A stretch of 64,000 bases of DNA from positions 14,198,001 through 14,262,000 of the forward strand of contig NC_086097.1 of the NCBI RefSeq assembly GCF_963921235.1, written 5' to 3'. The position numbers were made by a program, and so were the translations under genes. Under the pieces are notes generated by a model. The model searched no databases and was not told where the DNA came from. It saw only the letters and a list, made by a program, of their open reading frames with translations. How positions within the stretch are numbered: position 1 is the stretch's first letter; every line of letters starts with the position of its first letter. Below, one piece after another: positions 49,576 to 62,062 of this stretch. The DNA comes from Mobula hypostoma. Taxonomy: Eukaryota.

Positions 49576-49621
49576 ATATCCTTTTCGGGGTGGAGCATTG
49601 CTCACAGGCTGTTCAGTTTAG
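49576..49621 (+). other. Candidate isolated 46-nt exon
   Basis: Polypyrimidine acceptor CTGTTTTTCTTTCAG| and strong donor AG|GTGAGT lie in non-repetitive sequence. The product is unrecognised. Confidence 0.3.
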
Positions 49622-50066
49622 GTGAGTCCAATGGAGTTGTCAGAAGTCAGAGACACGGATGAAAGCAGGGATTACGGTTCCAAATTAGAGATTGACGCCA
49701 CATCAAAAGGTCCAATTTATCAAACCATCTCAGTTCCTTCTTACAGTCCGAACTTATTGAAAAATTTATAATGGAACTCACATGATCAATTTTGTGTTTT
49801 AGCAATGTAAATACACAGTGTGAGTCCAAGACTCATCTCTGATTGAGCACAACCCCACAAGGAAAAATGTGATATAAATACCACTATTGCTAAAAACCAA
49901 CATGGCGTGGCAAGGTGGCACGGTGCTGCCAAACAATTCCTGAGTCACAGGCCAATCCTGCCTCCAGCTATTTCAAATTCAGAATCAAGTTGTGAGACTT
50001 GTTAACTTTGCAGCAGTAGTACAATGCAATACATAATAATATAGAAAAAAACCGTGAATTACAGTA

Positions 50067-50651
50067 GGTGAGGTGAGACCCTCCTTCAGTCAGAGTCGAC
50101 CATGGATATTGCATCGTGACTGTCTAGATACACAAGCCTGGGCAGTACACTATGGAGGGCAAGCTGTTGCCCATGTAGCAAGCTCCCCCTCTCCGTGCAT
50201 CTGATGGAGCCAAGGAACAGCAGAAACCCATACACCTTGGTACCAGAAGCATTGCAGAAGTTGCCAGTCAGCATTGAACTTAATTTTGGACTTCCTTAGG
50301 GACTCCAGCTCCAGATTTTTCCTTGGGGTTTACTCCTGAAGCCTCCTCCATGAGTGGGTGTAGTCACAAAGCAGCAGAGGTTTGAGATCTCTTCTCCTAG
50401 ATGAGCTGCCAACCACAGCTGACGAGCCCCACCTGCCCGAAGTGACTGGTTTAAAGGTGCCAGCAACCCACCTTTGTACCTTCTGTCAGTAGAAATGGTT
50501 CCACTAGGCTTAGTAGCTAAGCCACATGTGAAGGCCATGAGCTGGACTTGGTTGTCAGAGGCTATCTGAGGCATATGCCATTTGGAACATTTCATACATA
50601 GTGTGAGCTTGTTCCCATTACCACCCCTGGCTGTAACAACCTCAAGGAACT
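50067..50651 (-). mobile_element. Full-length RTE-related non-autonomous element nested in a Rex1 tail
   Basis: 9-bp TSD ATTACAGTA (50058-50066, 50652-50660) and a (CACCT) tail. Confidence 0.75.
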
Positions 50652-51160
50652 ATTACAGTAAGAATACATATATTAAACAGTTAAATTAAATAAGTAGTGC
50701 AAAACAGAAATTTAAAAAGAAGTGAGGTGGTGTTCGTGGGTTCAATGTCCATTCAGAAATCTGATGGCAGAGGGGAAGAAGCTGTTCTTGAATCATTGAG
50801 TGCATGCCTTCAGGCTCCTGTACCTCCTTCCTGATGTAACAATGAGCAGAGGGCATGTCATGGGTAGTGGGGCCCTTAATGATGGAAACTGCCTTTTTGA
50901 GGCACTGCTCCTTGAAGACATCTTGCATACTACAGAGGATAGGGACCATGATGGCTAATTTTATATTTCTCTGCAGCTTGCTTCAATCCTGTGCAGTACC
51001 CCCCACCCGTCTCCATACCAGATGTTGCAGCCAGTTAGAATGTTCTCCACAGTACATCTGTAGAAATTTGCAGTGTTTTAGGTGACATACCAAATCTCCT
51101 CAACCTCTAATGAAATATAGCCACAGTCTTGACTTTCTTTATAGTTGCATCTATATATTG

Positions 51161-51390
51161 TCCAGCTCTTGGCTCCATCCCTCCCCCTCCTGCCTTCTGC
51201 TATCATTTTGGATCCCCCTCCCCCTTTCAAATCTCTTACTAGGTCTTCCTTCAGTTTGTTCTGACGAAGGGTCTTGGCCTGAAACGTTGACTGTACCTCT
51301 TCCTAGAGATGCTACCTGGCCTGTTGCGTTCACCTGCAACTTTGATGTGTGTTGCTTGAATTTCCAGCATCTGCAGAATTCCTCCTGTTT
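51161..51390 (+). mobile_element. Penelope pLTR nested in a Rex1 fragment (~49980-51710, -)
   Basis: TSD TCTATATATTG (51150-51160, 51394-51404) and hammerhead-like CTGACGAAGGGTCTTGGCCTGAAACGTT. Confidence 0.8.
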
Positions 51391-53928
51391 ACGTCTATAT
51401 ATTGGGACCAGGTTAGATCCTAAGAGATATTGATTCCCAAGGATTTGAAATTACTCACTCTCTTCACTTCTGAATACCCTTTGTGAGGACTGCTGTGTGT
51501 TCCCCCATCTTACCCTCCCTGAGGTCCACAATCAGTTCTCTGGTCTTACTGACGTTGTGTGCAAGATTGTTGCTGTGACACCGCTCAAGTGACAGGTAAA
51601 TCTCGCTTTTGTACGCCCTCTCATCACCATCTGAGATTCTGCCAACAATGATTGTATCATCAGCAAATTTATAGGGGTATTTGAGCTATACCTAGCCACA
51701 CAGTCAAGGGGTCATAGACTAAGACAGCACATCTAAGATACCCTCCAAACTTGTTCCATTTGCCTGCATTCAGCCAAGGTACATCCCTCTAAACCTCCCC
51801 TAATCATGTACTTAACTAAATTTCTTTCAATATTGAATTTGACCTGGCTCAACAACTTCCTCTAGCATATTGCTCCATATCTGCACAATTCTCTGCAATG
51901 GACCATTCTCTCAGGTCCCTTTTAAATCTATGTGAAGTTCGCATATCACTCTCTGAGTGTACTGGTTTTCAAAGTTCAAAGTAACTTTTTATTATCAAAG
52001 TACACATACGTCAGCATATACAACCCTGAGATTCATTTTCCTGTGGGCATACTCAGCAAATCTATAGATTAGTAACTATCTCAGGATCAATGAAAGATCA
52101 ACCAGAGTGCAGAAGACAACAAACTCTGCAAATGCAAATGTAAATAAATTGCAATAAATGATGAAAACATGGGCTAAAGAGTCATTAAGTGTGATCATTA
52201 GTTGTGGGAACATTTCTGTGATGGGGCAACTGAGTGTAGTTATCCCCTTTTATTCAAGAGCCTGATGGTTGAGGGGTAGTAACTCATCCTGAACCTGGTG
52301 ATGTGAGTCCTGAGGCTCTTGTACGTTCTAGCTGACGACAACAGTAAGAGAAGAGAATGGCCTGTGTGGTGGTGATCTCTTATGATGGAGGCTACTTTCC
52401 AACAACAGCGTTTCATGCAGATGTGCTCAATGGTTAGGAGGGCTTTACCTGTGATGTACTGGGCCGAATCCACTACCTTTTGTAGGAACTTTCCATTCAG
52501 AAACTTCAGGTTCTCTGGTTCCCTAACTTTCTCCCACACACTGAAGATGTGTTGTTAGTTAAAAGGCAAGTTATTCTCTAGTGTGGATGTGAGATGCTGG
52601 AGTCTGGATCTACAAACAAAATGCAAGTGAAACTCAGTAGCTTAGGGAACATCTGCAGAAGGAAGTGGACAGTTGACCCTTCATCTGGAGTATACTTTAA
52701 TGGCAAAACAAATTCAGGAAGGGGACAGATGGACATGTGTGATGTGTTCAGGGATATAAAGAGGTGGGAAATGGAACCATGGGGCTAAATGAACCTAATG
52801 GGCCAAAAAGATGTGCTAATCATAGACTAAGACAGCACAGAAAGATTCCCTTCATCCCAACTCACCCACAACAACCAAGATGTCCACCAAACATATTCCA
52901 TTGCAACGCACACAAAATGTTGGGGGAGCTCTGCAGGTCAGGATGCATCTCTGGAAAAGAGTAAACAGTCGGAGTTTTGGACTAAGACCCTTCTCCAGGG
53001 ATGAGAAGGAAGAAGGCAGATGCCAGAAGATGGGAGTTGGGGAAGGAAGCTAGCTAGAAGGTGATAGGTGAAGCCAGGTGGGTGGGAAAGGTCAAGGGCT
53101 GGAGAAGAAAGAATCTGATTGGAGAGGAGAGAGGACCATGGGAGAAAGGGAAGGAGGAGGCGATCTGGGGGAAGTAATAAGTAGGTGAGAAGAAGTAAAT
53201 GGTCAGAGTAGGAAATGGGGGGTGGTGGGATTTGACTGTGTTTATTCCACTTATTCTATTTGCCTGCATTTGGCAAAGGTACGTCCCCCTAAACCTCTCC
53301 TACTCATGTACTTAATTAACTAAATTTCATTGAATATGGTCATTGACCTGACTCAACCATTTCCTCTGGCAAATTGCTCCATATGTGCATCACTCTCTGC
53401 ATCACAAAAGAAACATAGAAACATAGAAAACCTACAGCACAATACAGGCCTTTCAGCCCACAAAGCTGTGCTGAACATGTCCTTACCTTAGAACTACCTA
53501 GGCTTACCCGTAGCCTTCTATTTTTCTAAGCTCCATGTATCCATCCAGGAGTTTCCTAAAAGAAGTTGTGTCAGGTACCTTTTAAATCTTAACCTCTTAT
53601 CTGAAACCCACACCCTTTATTTTTTGAATCCCCTTCCTTCAGAAAATGGCTCTATACATTCACCCATAGATCATAAGGCAAAGGAACAGAATTAGGCCAC
53701 TCGGCCCATTGAGTCTGCTCCATCATGGGTGATACATTAACCCTCTCAGCCCTATTCTGCTGCCTCCTCCATGTAATCTTTAATGCCTTGACTAACCAAC
53801 AACGTTTCAACTTCCACTTAAAATATATGCAATGACCTGGTCCCCACAGCCATCCATGGCAATGAAATCCACAGATTCTCCACCCTCCGGCTAAAGAAAT
53901 TCCTCATCTCTGTTCTAAAGGGACATCC

Positions 53929-54204
53929 TGTGACGACCCACTTTCTAGCACACACGAACCGGCTCACGAAACAGCGCGCGCAGGCCCCAAAAAGGGCGCC
54001 AGGCCATCTTCACCAACAGGGGGAGAATCCCGCGCTCGGAAAGGCTCTGGGAATATGCATTCCCTACAGCAGTCCCGCCCAGGGAGGGCGGGAACAGGAA
54101 GGCTTTAAAGCAGACCGCGAAGTTTGAATAAATCTCTTTCATTGCAACTCTAACTCACCGACTACGTGTGGTTATTTTAGCGCTATGTGTAGCACACCAC
54201 TACA
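53929..54204 (+). mobile_element. Solo LTR (276 bp, Gypsy-like) inserted in CR1
   Basis: Termini are TGTG...TACA with a 4-bp TSD ATCC (53925-53928, 54205-54208). TTTAAA is followed by AATAAA (~54127). The sequence is CpG-rich. Confidence 0.88.
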
Positions 54205-55664
54205 ATCCCTCTATTCTAAGGCTGTGCCCTCTGATCCAAGACTCCCCCAATATAGGAAACATCCTCTCCACTTCCATTCTATCTAGGTCTTTCAATATTC
54301 GATAGGTTTCAATGAGATCCCACCCAATTTAAGCCCTCATGACTTCATATATCTCTGTAAAGTCACTCTTCAATCTCCTACAATCCGAGGAATGAAGGCC
54401 TTCACTGGCCAACCCCTCCATATAACTCAAGTCCAGGTAGTATCCTTGTGAATCTTCTTTACACTCTTTCCAGTTTAATGATGTCTTTTCTCTACTAGTG
54501 TGACCAAAACTTTATACTATTCTCCTAGTACAATCTCACCAATATCTTGTACAACAGCAATGTGATATTCTATTTCCTCTATTCAGTGTCCTGACTGATG
54601 AAGGCCAGCAAGCCAAATGCCTTCTTCGCCACCCTGTGGCACTACTTTCAGTGAATTCAGTACTTTAACTCCTAAATCCTTCTGTTTAACAACTCTTGCT
54701 ATTCACTGCATAAATCCTACACTGAGCAAGGAAAGTCCCAAGGTTTGAGGTTTTAAGTGCCAGGCCACATTGGAAAGGTAGGGTATGGGTCGTATCGAGG
54801 TGGCAGGGCCTGGGCCCAAGAAGGTATCGAATCAGCAGGGCCGAGCCCAAGAGTGAGGAATGACCCAGGGTTTGGCTAACTTAAGCACTGGGCCAGATTG
54901 AAAAGGTCAGAATGTTGGGGCCAGAGTGAAGGAATAGGCCAGTATTCAGCTTGCTGCTTCAGGAGATTTACTTGTCTCTGTGCGGAACCGAGGCCATGGA
55001 CTGCAACTGATGGGCTCTTGAATCGACTGCAGTGATGACTGGCTTCACAGCTGTGGACTCACTTTCATGAACTTCAGTTCTGAATGTTATTTGCCGACTT
55101 TTATTTCTTTGCATGACTTGTTATTTTTTCTTCTGCACATTTGGTGGTCATTTTTAATGGGTTCCATTGGGTTTCTTTGTTCCGTGGCTGCCTGTGAAGA
55201 GATGAATCTCAAGGTTGTATAACATATACATACTTTGATAATAAATCAATTTTGAACTTTAACTTTGACTTTCCAAAATGCAACACTTCACACTTCTGTG
55301 GAAATCCAGCAACTTTCATCCAGTGAGAAGCATTAAATCTTAGTGATAATGGTCTTAGGACAAAGCATGCGGGTGGAGGTAAGCAGGTATTTCTTCCAAC
55401 CTCAGTAGGCCACAAACCTCACCCAAACACCTCCCCACAACACAACACACACGCCTTTGTAAACCGTCTCCTGCGCCCCTCAGCATCACCCATGATCAAT
55501 TGAGGCCACACCCAACGTCCTGCATTCCAACCACCTCCATGAGACTCTAACCAAACCTGACTGTCTTTCTTCCTTCTGCCTCCTAATTCCTGCAGTCTGG
55601 GACTGACACGGAGACAGCTCCCTCACAGAATATTCTCCAGCCTGACAAAAAGGCCGGCCTTTCA

Positions 55665-56860
55665 GAATCAGAATCAGAATCAGGTTTATTATCACCGGCA
55701 TGTGATGTGAAATTTGTTAACTTTGCAGCAGCAGTTCAATACAATACATAATCTAGCAGAGAGAAGAAATAATAATAATAATAAATAAAATAAAAATAAT
55801 AATAATAATAAATAAACAAGTAAATCAATTACAGTATATATATTGAACAAGATTTTTTTAAGTGCAAAAACAGAAATATTGTATATTAAAAAAAAAGTGA
55901 GGTAGTGGCCAAAGATTCAATGTCCATTTAGGAATCAGATGGCAGAGGGGAAGAATCTGTCCCTGAATCGCTGAGTGTGTGCCTTCAGGCTTCTGTACCT
56001 CCTACCTGATGGTAACAGTGAGAAAAGGGCATGCCCTGGGTGCTGGGGGATCCCTAATAATGGATGCTACCTTTCTGAGACACTGCTCCCTGAAGATGTC
56101 CTGGTTACTTTGTAGGCTAGTACCCAAGATGGAGCTGACTAGATTTACAACCCTCCGCAACTTCTTTCAGTCCTGTGTAGTAGCCCCTCCATACCAGACA
56201 GTGATGCAGCCTGTCAGAATGCTCTCCATGGTACAACTATAGAAGTTTTTGAGTGTATTTGTTGACATACCAAATCTCTTCAAACTCCTAATATAGTACA
56301 GCCACTGTCTTGCTTTCTTTGTAACTACATCGATAGGTTGGGACCAGGTTAGATCCTCAGAGATCTTGATACTCAGAAACTTGAAGCTGCTCACTCTCTC
56401 CATCTCTGATCCCTCTATGAAAATTGGTATATGTTCCTTTGTCTTACCCTTCCTGAAGTCCACAATCAGCTGTTTCAGCTTACTGATGTTGAGTGCAAGG
56501 TTCCAACGTCGTTGAAAATTGTCTCTTTGCCCTTGAAATAGCCCTCCGCAAATCATACCTGATTTTCTGGTACAGGCCTAGATCGCCAGACTTGAATGCC
56601 ACAGATTTAGCCTTCAGCAAATGACGTACCTCCACGGCTTTTGGTTTGGGAACGCACAGTAAGTCTTTGTAGGCTCACACTCATCCACACAGGTTTTAAT
56701 GAAGTCAGTAACAACTGCAGCATACTCATCCAGGTTCAAAGATGAATCCCTGAATACAGTCCAGTCCATCAATTCAAAGCAGTCCTGCAGGCGCTCCTGT
56801 GCTTCCCTTGTCTTGGGAGTACTGCTGCTACTCGAGTTGCGCCTAGGCGCCCCTTCAGAG
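55665..56860 (-). mobile_element. Rex1/Babar copy with internal deletion of the RT core
   Basis: The 3' part (ORF 56167-56556, ESILTGCITVWYG) is joined at ~56505 to upstream coding sequence (REAQERLQDCFE..DW..F...EYAAVVTDFIKTCVDEC.PTK...FPNQKP). Confidence 0.75.
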
Positions 56861-58869
56861 GAGCCCTGCTGTTAAACCTGCTGGGCATTTGGAAACAGAA
56901 AGTGGTGGAAGCAATCAGCAGACCAGGTAGTATCAGTGGAAAGAACACACTAGCATTTCAAGTCAGTGAGCCTTTGTCAGGACCCACAGGTTCCACTAGA
57001 CTTATCAGACAAGTAATGCTCTCCTTCATTTTCTGCTTTTGTTTCACGTTTCTGGCATCTGCAGGTTTATTTCTGACATTTGACACATTTGGAAAACCTG
57101 CCTCAACTAGCATTGCCCTGATAAGACCGTAAGACCAGAAGATATAGGAGCAGAATGAGGCCATTTGACCTATCAAGTCTGTTTCACCATTTCATCATGG
57201 TTGATCCATTTCCCTCTCAGTCACGATCTTATGCCTTCTCCCCATATCCATTCATGCCCTGACTACTCAAGAATCCATCAACCTCTGCGTTAAATACGAC
57301 CAGTGACTTGGCTTCCACACCCATCTGTGTCAATGAACCCCACTCTCTGGCTAAAGAAATTCCTCCCTTATCTCCATTCGAAAAGGACACCCCCCCTATA
57401 GAATGGAGATGAGGAGGAATCTCTTTAATTAGAGAGTGGAGAATCTGTGGCCACATATCAATCACGTTAGGGATCCAAACTACAGGAGCTCAGTACAAGG
57501 GGATGTTGCTGCTCTTCTGTTAATTAACACTAATCAAATTCAGTTAACACAATATTTATTTGTCCCATTTGCTTGTGTCAGAGAGCTCTGTGACCCTAAC
57601 AGGTGGCTCACTGACGGTAGCTGCTGGCCTGTATCAGGGATGTCCTGTCGACATTTCAGTCAAACTGCTTTAGAGTTCCAATGTTATCAGATGGCGTTAC
57701 TTACCACAAGCAGTTCCACAAGAGAGCTGCTGATGTATTCCCTTAGCTGGTGCTTATAATGTGTAAGTGAACATAGGACATAGAATATTACAGCACGGTA
57801 CAAGCCTTTCAGCCCACAATGTTATGCCAACATTTTGACCTACTCTAAAATCAGTCTAATGCTTCCCTCCTTAATAACCCTCCAGTTTTCTATCATCCAC
57901 ATGCCTACTTAAGAGTTTCTTGAATACCCCTAACGTATCTGCCTCTCCCACTACCCCTGGCAGTGCATCCTACACACCCATCACTCTTAGCATTAAAAAA
58001 TCTCGCTCTGATATCTCCTATAATTTCCTCCAATCAGCTTAAAATTATGCTCTCTCGTATTTGCCATTGCCATTCTGGGAAGATATATCCCTGGCTGTCC
58101 ACGCGATCTATGCCTCTTATCATCTTGCACATCTCTGTCAAGTCACCTCTCATCCTCCCTCGCTCCAAAGAGAAAAGCCCTACCTTGCTCAACCTTTCCT
58201 CATAAGACATTTCTCTAATCCAGGCAGCATCCTGGTAAGTATCCTCTGCACCCTCTCTAAAGATTCCACTTTAGAGAAGAACGCAAAGCGGTCTCTATAT
58301 TCACCCCCCCAACCCCACCACCCATCTCCGGTCAGAGAAATGACGCGGTGGACAGAGTAGATGACTTCATTAGTGGGCCCACTTCTTCCCCGGCATGCTG
58401 CAAAACCCCGGCCCCACATTGTGCAAGCACGCTGGAAATTAATTTAAATTAGTCTTTTAATATTAATTTATTGTAAGCTAATGACTGTGTATCTTGCTTT
58501 ACCACTGCTGAGTAAATCAAACGTTTAGATCATAGCACTTAGGGTTGTGCTCTGCACCTGGGGCACCAATGACACAATAAAATTCAGCTCTCTTGCTGTA
58601 GTGTCAGCTTTGCTGAAAGGTACAGGAGTCGTGGACTGGTGTCACAGAGCATCAACTCACTGACAGGTTTTGCCATGGAAAGTTGGCACGGGGCTTTGCT
58701 GCGCTCCATTCCTCACTCGGAGTGACAGCTTTCCTCTACCCGATAAACCAACTGCAATGCCCATTGATGAGAATGAATGCACGCCGCTCCATCGAAGGGA
58801 TAACAGGAGCCTAGCACTCCCATGTGGAACGAAACTTCGGACTGGCGGGCAGCTGAAGCAAGGGGCGCA

Positions 58870-59072
58870 AATACAAGAGATTCAGTAGATGCTGGAAATC
58901 CAGAGCAAAACACACAAAAAGCTGGAGGAACTCAGCAGGTCAGGCAGCACCTAGGGAAATTAATATACAGTCAACTTTTCAGTCCCGAAAGACCGACTAT
59001 TTACTAATTTCTATAGATGCTGCCTGATCTGCTGAGTTCTGAGTTCCTCCAGCATTTTGTATGTGTTGCTCT
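58870..59072 (-). mobile_element. Penelope pLTR fold-back (hammerhead core deleted)
   Basis: Arms GCAAAACACACAAAAAGCTGGAGGAACTCAGCAGGTCAGGCAGC / GCTGCCTGATCTGCTGAG...CCTCCAGCATTTTGTATGTGTTGC. Confidence 0.75.
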
Positions 59073-62062
59073 GAAGCAAACCCAGTGGAACAGTGCATGC
59101 AGGGTGAGAAGGGAGATCTTTCTGCATATGTCTGACTGTGAACCTGCCTGGTGAATGTGGGCTTTGACGACCACTGCCCAGATAGTAGAACCATTACCCT
59201 GAAGCCACCAACACTTGGGGCATTTCAGATTCAAATTAAGTTATCATCTGTACATCGAAACGTGCAGTGAAAATGCATTCTTTGCATTAGCAACCAACAC
59301 GACCTATGCAAGTGCTGGGGGCAGCCTGCAAGTGTTGCCACGTATTCCAGCACGAACAGAGCATGCCCACAATGTTCAGCAGAACTGCAGAACTGCCGGA
59401 ATGAACTGCCTGCAGAAGTGGCGGATGTGGACTCAATTTCAACATTTGAGAGAAATTTGGATATGTACATGGATGGGAGGGGTATAGAGGTTTGTGGTCC
59501 AAGTGCAAGTCGATGGAACTAAGCAGATTACCAGTTCAGCATGGACTAGATGGGCCAAAGGGCCTGTTTCTGTGCTGTAGTGTTCTGTGACTATGACTCT
59601 ATGTAAAAGATTTGTGCATAATCATGGTTAAAGATTCACTGAAGCGGACAAAATGCTGCAGAGTAAGGACCTTCCATGTCCTGCTGAAGGGTCTCGGGCC
59701 AAGCGTCAGCTGTATTCTTCTCCATGGATGCTGCCTGGCCTGTTGAGTTCTTCCAGCGTTTTGTATGTGTTGCTTGACCCTCCACGGGTTTGGGCTCCGG
59801 AGTGGTCACTGATGTCACTGGTCAGACGAAAGGGAAAAGATTGAAGCTGTTCTGCTGGAAGCCAGTGTCTAATACTTTACCAAAGTCTTGCAGTGCAGAG
59901 GGAGGCTTCATCATGCCTTTCCCAGTATTGTGTCAGGACTACCAAATTCCCCCAACCCCACTGTTAGTTCCCCATACTGGATATATACAATCACAGCTCT
60001 GTTGTTTGTTTTGCCTGAATACTTATTGCAGAAGCTGTCACTGCCAAAAAAAATGTCTATTATGGGACCAGGTTTTAACACATGTCACAGAGACATAATG
60101 CAGCCCATTCACTTTTTCATCCATTTCGATCAGCCTTCCTATTTTTCACCTGAAGAAGCAAGTAATATTTCCATTGGTGGAAGCGTTAACAGGCAGAGGA
60201 CACAGATCTGAAGTGACTGGGAAAAGAATTCAACAAGAACAGAAACATTGTCACACTGTGAGTACTGGTGACCTGGACTATAATGACTGAATAGCTGGTG
60301 GAAGTAAATTCTATTATGCCTTTCAGAAAGAATTGGTTAAGTTCCTGAAGGTTAAAATTCAAAATGCTCTGGGGAAAGATCAGTGATTAGGATGGACTTT
60401 GTTTTACAAAAAGACAGCCAAGGCTGTAGGATCATAGGCACAAGGACATCTTCTAAGCCATTAACTCGATACACTGTACCATATTCTATATTTATTATTG
60501 TGATTTCGGAGTTCCTCACCAGATCTTTTTCCCTGTGTCTCACTCACTGGCAACATAATATTCAAAGAAGCAAGAATATAAACGCCGCTCTGATATTTAC
60601 TTCCATTAACTCGATTGTGGGAGTCAATCTGTAGGGATATCTGGACAAGGCGGCACTGGAACTAGCTCCCTTACTGTATATGAATGGCAGGGTGGAGCTA
60701 CGTTTCTACCAAAGGAGGTGTAGGGTGCTCCTTTCCTCCGCAGCCTGCAGGTCACCCTTGGGCAAGGTCTAGCACCTGCATAGCCCCCCTGATCAGGGTC
60801 ATATTAAGTCATGGGGGCAGCTGGTGGATGATCGAATGAGTAGCTGGTGCATATCTCAAGTCCTGATTATGCGACCACTGATGCCTGGCAGACAATCTCT
60901 GAAGAGTATTGATAATGGCTGGGGTCACCCGTCTTATAAGGACACCGCCCAGAAGAAGGCAATGGCAAACCACTTCTGTTGAAAAATTTCCCAAGAACCA
61001 TCACAGTCATGGAAAGACCATGATCATCCACATCATACAACATGGCGCCTAATAATGATGACCTTATATTGGACAATAGTGATGTTTGGAAATTCACTAA
61101 AGTTATGGTGAAAATTCAGGATATGTTATAAAAAAATTAGACTAAATGTTGCAGTTAGAATATAGAACATTGAATAGTACCGCACAGGAACAGGTGCTTC
61201 AACCCACAACGTTAGGCCAAACTAATGTGACTAAGGACCTGTGTTTCCTTCCACCTGCACATGGCCCAAATCCATCCATTCTCTGCATACTCACCCGTCA
61301 ATTCTGCAAGGAGGCAGGCACTTAGACCTGCTGATTCTGCATCAAGTTCCCATTGACACATCTCCTACATTAAATCTATCATTATTCTTCCCACCCGCCT
61401 TGCAAAGCGGGGCCGGAAGGCGATACTGCAAGACTCCATGGAGGGCGAAGGACCTGACAGGAATAGAAGGTGTCATGGTCATCCAATGTAACCAAGAAGA
61501 CCCCAGTTTGTGACGTTTGTTCGTACCACTGGACCTGGACCTCTGAGGTCAAGAGAGTGGAACTGCTCCAGTTCAATGGTTGCTCCACTTTAAAAACTCT
61601 CCCACACAAGGTTCCTTTCCCACCCTCTCATCACCTCTGCACACCTCCCCCCACCACCCCACCCCCATAACACTGCTCAGCAAAACACTCTTAGGGAATT
61701 TTCAGCCAACAGTTAACAGTAAGACTTTGGGATGAGGGAGGAAACCAGAGCACCTGGAGGAAACCCATCCTGTCACAGGGGGAACATGCAAGTTCTACAC
61801 AGACAACACCAGAGGCCAGGATTGAAATCTATTGCTGGAAAGGAGAGGCAGCAGCTGTTCAAAGTTCAAAGTTATGATACAGATCAAAATACTTATTTAT
61901 CACCACATATCACCCTGAGATTCATTGTCTAGTGGGCATTCACAGAAACTCAATCGAATCAGTGAAAAACCGCACACAACAAAGACGGACAAATAATCAA
62001 TGTGCAAAAGACAAATGTGCAAATAGAAAAAGGGAAAAAGTCATAATAATAATAATAATAAT

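Noticed and set aside
50475..50580. Possible HDV-like fold in the head of the 50067-50651 element (GCC-TTCACATGT-GGC, small P4, CTGA-CAG)
   Set aside because: I could not place a P1 helix of the right length, P2 has two mismatches, and a competing GGCTTAG/CTAAGCC hairpin is present.
57582..57762. Exon-like segment with AG acceptor and GTAAGT donor
   Set aside because: All three plus-strand frames hit stops, and the minus-strand alternative has a weak acceptor.
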